From positions 42,130-106,129 of the forward strand of contig CAZJPE010000002.1 in assembly GCA_964547875.1 (NCBI GenBank): 64,000 bases of DNA, in the 5' to 3' direction. The position numbers and the translations under genes are program-made. Below the pieces are notes generated by a model. It saw only the letters and a program-made list of their open reading frames with translations. It did not search any database and was not told the origin of the DNA. Shown piece after piece: positions 57,362-64,000 of this stretch (its first letter is position 1; each line of letters begins with the position of its first letter). Source of the stretch: Candidatus Woesearchaeota archaeon (lineage in GTDB: Archaea; Nanobdellota; Nanobdellia; Pacearchaeales; GW2011-AR1).

Positions 57362-57884
57362 CCTTTTTATCAAAGAAAAGTTTAAAAGGTATCTTCTATA
57401 GGGAAAAATATGAAAAACGAAATATTACGTGGAGAATATAGAGAACCTTGGGTATTATAGTTATAATCATAAAATAGTTGATCCTGACTACCTTAAGATA
57501 AAGCAAAGAGGTATAAATGGAGAGATTGGTAAGCATCCTGATTTTAATTTTAAAAAATTTACCAAAAATCAACATAAAATGATTGAAGAAATTTTAAGAG
57601 AAATGCCAATAAGTCTGCAAGCAAAAGAGGTTGAAACTGGAAAAAGAAAGAGAAATGCAAGATAAACCAGTAGGATATGGAGAATCTTTTATTGTTAATG
57701 ATAGAACTTTTATTAACCCATATGGGAATGAAGTAGAAGTGTACTATCTAATGCTTAGTAGAAAAAGCTCCTTAGGAAATGATGTATTCAGAACTATTGA
57801 ATTGCATCTTGGTGTGCCACGCTCAGATTTTTTTGACTTCTAAATCACCAGAAACCTTAAATACTTACATTTCTTACAAGTAAT

Positions 57885-58145
57885 ATGCGAGAAGAAATAA
57901 GGGAAATAAGAACTGTGAAAATAACAAGAAAGGGACAGATAAGTATTCCCTCAGCGGTCAGAGCGAGAGCTGGTTTTGAAGAAGGCGCAAAGGTTAATGT
58001 TATTGCCTACGATGATAGAGTTGAATTAAGACCTATGAAAAAAGAAAAAATTAGTGAAGCTATGATGTGCTATATAATGTCAGAAGAAGCTTTAGCAAAA
58101 AATTGGGATACTCCAGAAGAGGATGAAGCATGGAAAGACTTGTGA
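57885..58145 (+). CDS. AbrB/MazE-family antitoxin (SpoVT_AbrB swapped-hairpin domain)
   Basis: 86 aa. KITRKGQISIPSAVRARAGFEEGAKV, with an acidic C-terminus. Overlaps the downstream toxin gene. Confidence 0.6.
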   Translation: MREEIREIRTVKITRKGQISIPSAVRARAGFEEGAKVNVIAYDDRVELRPMKKEKISEAMMCYIMSEEALAKNWDTPEEDEAWKDL

Positions 58146-58462
58146 AGGGAGATGTTGTTGTTTTAGACTTTCCATATACAGATTTATCAAAAACTAAAAA
58201 GAGACCAAGTCTTATTGTTGCTAATTTGAAAGGAGATAATATTATTCTTTGTCAAATTACTGGGCAACCAAGACCTGACCCTGATTTGATTAATCTGAAA
58301 AAAGAAGATTTCCAGACTGGTGGTTTGCATAGAGAGAGTTTTATAATGTCCTCTTTTTTATTTACGATTCACAAGTCAAAAATCAATTATGCGGCTGGAA
58401 AAATCAAGCAAGAAAAAATAGAAGAAGTTGAAAAGAAACTTTGTGAGATTTTTACAAGATAA
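58130..58462 (+). CDS. MazF/PemK-family toxin (endoribonuclease)
   Basis: 110 aa. GDVVVLDFPYTDLSKTKKRPSLIVAN...ILCQITGQ matches the MazF N-terminal signature. Confidence 0.65.
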   Translation: MERLVKGDVVVLDFPYTDLSKTKKRPSLIVANLKGDNIILCQITGQPRPDPDLINLKKEDFQTGGLHRESFIMSSFLFTIHKSKINYAAGKIKQEKIEEVEKKLCEIFTR

Positions 58463-58504
58463 GTTTCTTGCTGAAAGCGAAACTATTTGTGGCGTCAGCC
58501 ACTT

Positions 58505-58518
58505 GCGAGCCGACCCAT
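58505..58518. repeat. Right copy of the 14-bp inverted repeat (gcgagccgacccat)
   Basis: Perfect reverse complement of 57348..57361. 10 of 14 positions are G/C in a genome of about 30% GC. Confidence 0.6.
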
Positions 58519-58634
58519 ATTTATCCTTGTAGGTATTTCACTTAACTATGGTTAAGAATAAAAGGATAAAAAGAAAATGGCATTGATTATTTTGGTTAAT
58601 ATTATTAATAATCTTAATTTATGTTTTATATAAA

Positions 58635-58952
58635 TTACTTCAATAAAAATCTCTTCTTCCAATCAAATACGGTTTTTCTTGTTATTTTGACCTTAAAAGT
58701 ATGATTTAGATAAAGGGTTATATTGCCAAGACTGGTTTTCTTTTTCAATAACTCGAGAGCTGTTTTAATCATTGCTGGCGGATAACGGAATTTTTTAAAC
58801 ATTCCGGGAGTAAATCTTCTTTTACATTTCCTGCATTTATATATTTGTTTTATGGAATTAAGGTTTTTTCTTAGCTGTATAACATAAGTATCATTAGAGG
58901 CACAATAAAGGCAAGACATTAGATATTCTGATTGAATAGATAAATCTTTCAT
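58635..58952 (-). mobile_element. IS1 InsA-like / IS1595-like transposase N-terminal zinc-ribbon plus HTH ORF (probable IS remnant)
   Basis: 105 aa. CLYCASND...KQIYKCRKCKRRFT follows the CxxC-x(n)-QRYxCxxCxxxF InsA pattern, then an HTH. No catalytic transposase ORF lies next to it. Confidence 0.45.
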
Positions 58953-59036
58953 TATAATGAAAGACGAGAATTTTATTTAAATTTATCGTTAACTAAACAA
59001 AAATTTAAATAGTGTCCTCTTTTATTAATAAAAAAG

Positions 59037-60680
59037 ATGGATTATAAAGTGTGTATTTTGGCTGCGGGAAAAAATACAAATGTTAGTTATGCGAGAGATT
59101 TTCATATAAGTTTATTGCCTGTAGGGACAAAATCAGCATTAACTAGGATTATTGAAAAGTTCCCTTTAAATGTAGAGATAATAATTGCTGTGGGATATAA
59201 TAGCCATTTGATAAAAGATTTCAGTGATATAACTTTTTCTAATAGGAAGATTAGAATTGTAGAAATTGATAATTATTCAGGGCCCGGTAGTGGACCTGGG
59301 AGAACACTTTTAGCATGTAAGTCACATCTAAACTGCCCATTTATATTCACTGCCGCCGACACGATAGTAGGAGATGAAATTCCAATCCCTAATAAAAACT
59401 GGATTGGTATATCGCATGTTTCTGATTCAACGAATTATTGTGTCGCTGAAGTAGAAAATAGTAATGTAACAAAGTTCTATGATAAAATGGAAACTTCTAT
59501 CTTATTAAAAGCATGTAAAAACTACAGAACAATTTTAAACAACGCTTTTATTGGCATTGCTGGCGTTCTTGATTATAATGTTTTCTGGAAAGAGATTGAG
59601 AGAGACCAGCATCTCATAAAAAAAGAGCTGCAAGTTTCTAATGGCCTTGCAGGGTTAATTCCGCATAAGCTTGAGGCAATATCATTCTTTAATTGGTTTG
59701 ATATAGGAAATGAGACAGGATATAATTTTGCGAACAGATTCTTTGAGAAAAACAAGATTATAGCAAAACCAGAAGAATTTATTTATTTTGAGGATAGAAA
59801 AGTAATAAAATATTTTTCAGATAAGGAGATAGTAAGGGAGAGAATAAATAGGGCATCAAAATTAAAAAATATTGTTCCCGAGATTATTCAATCCAAGGAT
59901 AATTTTTACGCTTATGATTTTGTCGAAGGAGAGACACTGGCAAAAATTAATGATATAAGCATATTCAAACAATTCTTAGATTTCTGCAAAGAAACAATAT
60001 GGAAAAGAGCAAACTTAAACGCAGAAGAGATGTCAGATTTCAAGAGCCTGTGCATTAACTTTTATAGACATAAGACCTTAGAGAGAATTCAAAAGTTTTT
60101 CAGGGAAAGCGATATTAAGGATAAAGAGGAAATAATTAACGGAGAGAAAGTCCTGACATTGGGAGAAATGCTAAGAGAGATAGACTGGAAAAAAATTTCA
60201 GAAGGCGTACCTGTTGTCTTTCACGGGGATTTACAGCCTGAAAATATAATTGTCTGTGATAAAGGATTCCAATTAATTGACTGGAGGCACAGCTTTGCAG
60301 GCAATGTAGACTATGGGGATATTTATTACGATTTTGCAAAGTTGCATCATGCTCTTATTGTTACCCATGAAATTATAAGAAATAATCAATTTGAAATAAA
60401 AAGAGATAAGAATTACGTGAATTATGATTTTTTGAGAAAAAACAATTTGATGGAATACAAAGACGTTCTTGAGAATTTTATAGAAAAAGAAGGATATGAC
60501 TTAAAAAGATTGAATATATTGACTTCATTGATATACTTAAATATTGCGCCCCTGCACCATTACCCATACAACGAGTTTCTTTATTATCTTGGCAAATATT
60601 CTTTGTTTAAGGAGATGAATAACAATAATCCTTATATAATAAAAAATCAGCAATTAACAGTTAAGATTCAGGACAGATAA
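59037..60680 (+). CDS. Bifunctional sugar-phosphate nucleotidyltransferase plus APH/choline-kinase-fold kinase (AmgK-MurU-like or LicC-LicA-like fusion)
   Basis: 547 aa. The N-terminal 230 aa are paralogous to 55110..55805. C-terminal HGDLQPENIIV and LIDWRHSFAGNVDYGDIYYDFA motifs (Brenner and IDWE-like). Confidence 0.7.
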   Translation: MDYKVCILAAGKNTNVSYARDFHISLLPVGTKSALTRIIEKFPLNVEIIIAVGYNSHLIKDFSDITFSNRKIRIVEIDNYSGPGSGPGRTLLACKSHLNCPFIFTAADTIVGDEIPIPNKNWIGISHVSDSTNYCVAEVENSNVTKFYDKMETSILLKACKNYRTILNNAFIGIAGVLDYNVFWKEIERDQHLIKKELQVSNGLAGLIPHKLEAISFFNWFDIGNETGYNFANRFFEKNKIIAKPEEFIYFEDRKVIKYFSDKEIVRERINRASKLKNIVPEIIQSKDNFYAYDFVEGETLAKINDISIFKQFLDFCKETIWKRANLNAEEMSDFKSLCINFYRHKTLERIQKFFRESDIKDKEEIINGEKVLTLGEMLREIDWKKISEGVPVVFHGDLQPENIIVCDKGFQLIDWRHSFAGNVDYGDIYYDFAKLHHALIVTHEIIRNNQFEIKRDKNYVNYDFLRKNNLMEYKDVLENFIEKEGYDLKRLNILTSLIYLNIAPLHHYPYNEFLYYLGKYSLFKEMNNNNPYIIKNQQLTVKIQDR

Positions 60681-60681
60681 A

Positions 60682-61365
60682 ATGGCAATAGATAATGAAA
60701 GGCTATATGAGATGGCAGAATATGGCTTATTAAAGTTATATCTTCGAGAGAAGGAATCTGCATTAAAACATTTTCCTATTCATGAGGTTATGCAGGCGAC
60801 AGATATGATATGGGAAACTTATAAAAAAGGTGGAACAGTTTACGCCTGCGGAAATGGTGGCAATGCTGCTTCTGTCGGCAATCTAATTACAGATCTGGCT
60901 AATCACTTATTTGTTACAGATGACAAATCAAAACCTCTTCCAGAAAATATTCAGAGATTAAGGACTGTTGATTTATGCTCTTCTGGAGCAGCTCTTACTG
61001 CTTATTTAAATGACTTTGGAAAAGAATACGTGTTTTCACAACAACTTATCTGCAATAGGGTTGCAGAGGGAGATACTTTGTTTGGCTTTAGCGGAAGCGG
61101 AACATCAGGAAATATAAGAAAAGCATGTGAGATTGCAAAAAAACACGGCGCTAAAACAATTTTAGTGACGAGAAATAGGAATGCTGTATTGGAAGAACTT
61201 ATTGACTTAAGCATTGTTTTTGAGGGACATTCGCAATTTCCAGGACAAATAGGAAGCAATGACTTTAATTTCCATTATGAAGATCTTGGCTTTGCCATGG
61301 CTCACATGATTACAGGGCTATTGAGAAAGAGGATTTATGACGAACATAATAGAATCAAATCTTGA
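60682..61365 (+). CDS. gmhA: SIS-domain sedoheptulose-7-phosphate isomerase-like
   Basis: 227 aa. GGTVYACGNGGNAASVG and GDTLFGFSGSGTSGNIRKACEIAKKHGAKTILVT align with the GmhA motifs. There is an insertion in the middle relative to E. coli GmhA. Confidence 0.65.
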   Translation: MAIDNERLYEMAEYGLLKLYLREKESALKHFPIHEVMQATDMIWETYKKGGTVYACGNGGNAASVGNLITDLANHLFVTDDKSKPLPENIQRLRTVDLCSSGAALTAYLNDFGKEYVFSQQLICNRVAEGDTLFGFSGSGTSGNIRKACEIAKKHGAKTILVTRNRNAVLEELIDLSIVFEGHSQFPGQIGSNDFNFHYEDLGFAMAHMITGLLRKRIYDEHNRIKS

Positions 61366-63133
61366 AGAAAAAGCAAGAGAGATAAGAAAAAGCCTGATAA
61401 CTGCGCTATATCACGCAGATTCAGGACATCCTGGATCTTCTCTATCATGGACAGACATAGCTGCTAGCTTATTTTTTAATGAGATAAATCTTGAAAAAGG
61501 GGATAGATTTATGCTATCCAAAGGACATGCAGTTCCAACTTTATACGCAATATTATGCATGAAAGGTTATGCAGATGAAAAGAGATTTGAAAAAGAACTA
61601 AGAAAGATTGGCAGTCCTTTTCAAGGGCATCCTGTAGCAGGCACTCTCCCGCATATTTATGCAAGCACAGGCTCATTAGGACAGGGCTTATCATTTGCCC
61701 TTGGCATGGCTGAAGCAAAGAAATTATCAAAACAAAATGAAAGAGTTTATGTTTTGCTTGGAGATGGAGAGCTTCAAGAGGGGCAGAATTGGGAGGCATT
61801 TCGATATGGCTGCAACAGGAAGATGGATAATTTAATTGCTATTATAGACAAGAATGGCTATCAGAATGATGCTGCTGTTGACGAAACTATGCCCTTAGGC
61901 AATTTAGAGCGACAATTAGAGAGCTTTGGCTGGAATGTGATAAAGGTAGATGGGCATAACTTTAACGAACTAAGGCAGGCTTATGCTAATGCAAAAAAGA
62001 TATTGGGAAAGCCAACAGCAATTATTGCAGAAACTGTGAAGGGAAAAGGAGTTAGGCATATAGAATCAAACAGGAAAAAACATAATGGGGCCATGACTGG
62101 AGAGGAATATGTAAACGCCATGCTTGATCTGGGAGTTAAGATTAAAGAACCGCCAATTAAATTCCAAGCTAAAAACAGCATAAACAACGAGCCTGCTTCT
62201 GGGATAAGAGATGCTTTTGGCGAGGCGTTAGCTGAAGCGGGAAAAGAATATGGCCGCCTAGTGGTTGTTGACTGCGATTTAGGAAGCGCTACAAAAACCC
62301 TTAAATTTAAGGAAAAGTTTCCTGAGAGATTTTTTCAAGTCGGAATTGCAGAGCAGCATGGAGTTAGTCTAGCAGCGGGATTGGCAAAGGAGGGCTATCG
62401 CCCTTTTATCTCAAGCTTTGGTGCATTTTTAACGCAGAGAGCAAAGGATCAAATAATGAATTCTGTCGCCTACAGCAATGCGGGCGTTGTGCTTGTTGGA
62501 AGCCATAGTGGATTAGCAATAGGAAAAGACGGAGCTACGCAAATGGGAATAGACGACATTAATGCCATGATGGCGATACCAAATATGGAAATTTATTCTC
62601 CAGCGAGCGCCGTAGAAATCAAGCAAGTTGTTAATTATCTTGTAAATGGAAATCAATTCGCATATCTAAGAACATCACGCAGACCTGTGCCCAATATACA
62701 CGACAATAACTACTCTTTTAATCCTGAAAGAGTAGATGTTATAAAAGACTGCGGGCGGGAAAATGGAATAAGCATAATGGCGACAGGCGACATGGTTTAT
62801 TATGCCCTCCAGGCTGCCAAAGAGCTGGAAAAAGAGATACCTTTAGATGTAATTAATTTTTGCAGATTAAAGCCAATTGACAGAGAGAGCGTAATTTCCT
62901 ACGCAAGAAGAAGAGCAGGGATAATTACATTGGAAGATCATAGCATTATCGGGGGGCTTGGCTCAAGAGTGTGCGAGATAATTGCAGAAGAGGGTCTTGG
63001 AAAGAGAGTTTTAAGGCAGGGATTGCGTGACTGCTTTGGGGAGAGCGGCGAGCCCGAAGATTTATATAAAAAACATAAGCTGGATATTGAAGGCATAAAA
63101 AATTCCATGAGAGAATTCTATTTAGAGACATAA
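61337..63133 (+). CDS. tkt: Transketolase, N-terminal and C-terminal sections fused in one 598 aa polypeptide
   Basis: DSGHPGSSLSWTDI and GHAVPTLYA (N-section TPP binding), GDGELQEG, the pyrimidine domain GIAEQHGVS, and a C-terminal domain. 29-bp overlap with the gmhA-like gene. Confidence 0.85.
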   Translation: MTNIIESNLEEKAREIRKSLITALYHADSGHPGSSLSWTDIAASLFFNEINLEKGDRFMLSKGHAVPTLYAILCMKGYADEKRFEKELRKIGSPFQGHPVAGTLPHIYASTGSLGQGLSFALGMAEAKKLSKQNERVYVLLGDGELQEGQNWEAFRYGCNRKMDNLIAIIDKNGYQNDAAVDETMPLGNLERQLESFGWNVIKVDGHNFNELRQAYANAKKILGKPTAIIAETVKGKGVRHIESNRKKHNGAMTGEEYVNAMLDLGVKIKEPPIKFQAKNSINNEPASGIRDAFGEALAEAGKEYGRLVVVDCDLGSATKTLKFKEKFPERFFQVGIAEQHGVSLAAGLAKEGYRPFISSFGAFLTQRAKDQIMNSVAYSNAGVVLVGSHSGLAIGKDGATQMGIDDINAMMAIPNMEIYSPASAVEIKQVVNYLVNGNQFAYLRTSRRPVPNIHDNNYSFNPERVDVIKDCGRENGISIMATGDMVYYALQAAKELEKEIPLDVINFCRLKPIDRESVISYARRRAGIITLEDHSIIGGLGSRVCEIIAEEGLGKRVLRQGLRDCFGESGEPEDLYKKHKLDIEGIKNSMREFYLET

Positions 63134-63340
63134 ATTAGATAATACTTGCCTAAATGATCTCCATGATAGCAAGTATTATTGTTTGAATTGTCTTTATTAG
63201 TAACTAATTTATCATTAGCGTAATAATATGTTTCGTTGAGAATTGTGCCGTTTGTGTTTCTTGTTTGGATGAAGTTGTCGTTTATGTAATAACTAATTTT
63301 ATTCATGTCTTTATTCACCCAATCCTTTTTATAAAATTAA

Positions 63341-63568
63341 TTAGGCTTTATACTTACTAGCATTAATTATAGTTAATCCAACAATATTATCGCCTCTTTT
63401 ATGGAGAATGGTGTTCCCATCCATTACACTATTATCTGCATTTTGAGGCCTTGCAAAACTAATATAAAGCACGTCCGCTTCTTTATCATAGTCTATCCAC
63501 ATTTGCTTCGCTATCTTTACAAATTGTGGTATTATCTTCTCTATATTACTTATTATTTTTTCTTCCAT
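63341..63568 (-). CDS. DUF2283-family protein (putative antitoxin partner of DUF4258)
   Basis: 75 aa. IDYDKEADVLYISF motif. Overlaps the upstream DUF4258 gene. Confidence 0.55.
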   Translation of the reverse strand: MEEKIISNIEKIIPQFVKIAKQMWIDYDKEADVLYISFARPQNADNSVMDGNTILHKRGDNIVGLTIINASKYKA

Positions 63569-63864
63569 ATTATTTTTCTATCTTTTCTTACTCTATCAAT
63601 TTCTGAAGTCAAAAAGGCCGTTATAACAAAGCCATCTTTATTAGGGATTTCCCTATAAATAACAACAATATGCTTATTATTAAATCTTTTTGTTGCTAAA
63701 AATTCGCCTTCATCACCCTCTATTATTTCTTCTGGCTCATTAATAGTTTCTAAAACACAATCGCTAAGTCCAGACATATAATCATGAGATTCTATTATGT
63801 GAAACCATCTTTCTTCAGTTAGTCTGATTTTAATCTTATTTTTAGAAATTGTAAAACCTATCAT
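63553..63864 (-). CDS. DUF4258-family protein (putative toxin)
   Basis: 103 aa. Size and organisation are typical of DUF4258/DUF2283 pairs. Confidence 0.55.
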   Translation of the reverse strand: MIGFTISKNKIKIRLTEERWFHIIESHDYMSGLSDCVLETINEPEEIIEGDEGEFLATKRFNNKHIVVIYREIPNKDGFVITAFLTSEIDRVRKDRKIIWKKK

Positions 63865-64000
63865 TTTTTATGTTAAAAGCTAATAGCTAATAGTATCTAA
63901 ATGTTTTGTTTTTATTTAAATCTCTCCAAAAGGTAAATAAAATTCTTCTTCTACTATATGCCCAGTCTGATTAGTAACTAAACTTGTTGAGCCTAAATGA

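Noticed and set aside
57150-57420. A possible tRNA or split-tRNA gene in the GC-rich intergenic stretch.
   Set aside because: I could not fit a 7-bp acceptor stem, a D arm, or a T arm with a 7-nt loop on either strand. It is kept only as a generic structured element.
1-64000. CRISPR arrays and rRNA genes.
   Set aside because: No regularly spaced direct repeats of 25-40 bp and no long GC-rich rRNA-like stretches were seen. Coding density leaves no room for them.

Overview
This 64 kb window is AT-rich (about 30% GC), densely coding and almost certainly archaeal. Three things point that way: the 3' end of a prefoldin alpha gene at 2..220; an STT3/AglB oligosaccharyltransferase with the WWDYG motif; and TATA-like boxes about 25 bp upstream of apparently leaderless start codons. 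The gene content looks DPANN-like (small genome, heavy investment in surface glycans), but that is inference. Essentially the whole window is one glycosylation and surface-glycan island.

Main contents:
- A translationally coupled AglB, AglH-like GlcNAc-1-P transferase and Wzx-like flippase operon.
- At least nine glycosyltransferases: GT2 (six), GT4, GT9 heptosyltransferase-like, CgeB-like, and three GT-C ArnT/PMT-like membrane enzymes.
- Several SAM methyltransferases and a set of dTDP-rhamnose-type genes (RmlC, RmlD, an FdtA-like cupin, an epimerase/dehydratase).
- A near-complete NDP-heptose route: a fused full-length transketolase, a GmhA-like SIS isomerase, a fused nucleotidyltransferase-CBS-GHMP kinase, GmhB with the CxHx(n)CxCRKP zinc motif, and an HldC/TagD-like cytidylyltransferase. 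Next to it sit a GDP-mannose 4,6-dehydratase-like gene and two small cupins, which is a candidate 6-deoxyheptose branch.
- The most unusual block is a contiguous eight-gene minus-strand operon at 28288..39022. It encodes three class B (B12-binding-type) radical SAM enzymes, a HemN-like radical SAM enzyme, a PhyH-family Fe/2OG dioxygenase, an SDR and two NAD-dependent epimerase/dehydratases. I read this as a candidate pathway for an undescribed, heavily tailored (probably C-methylated) sugar or lipid-linked glycan.
- An orphan TPP-dependent E1 alpha/beta pair with no E2 or E3.
- An insertion hotspot at 57.15-59.04 kb. It holds a GC-rich structured element with nested inverted repeats, a perfect GC-rich 14-bp inverted repeat pair bracketing a MazE/MazF-like toxin-antitoxin module, and an IS1 InsA-like zinc-ribbon remnant. 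It separates two paralogous nucleotidyltransferase genes whose first 34 nt are identical.
- A DUF4258/DUF2283 toxin-antitoxin pair at the 3' edge.

No rRNA, tRNA or CRISPR arrays were found. All calls rest on motifs I recognised by eye in the six-frame translations. No database searches were run.
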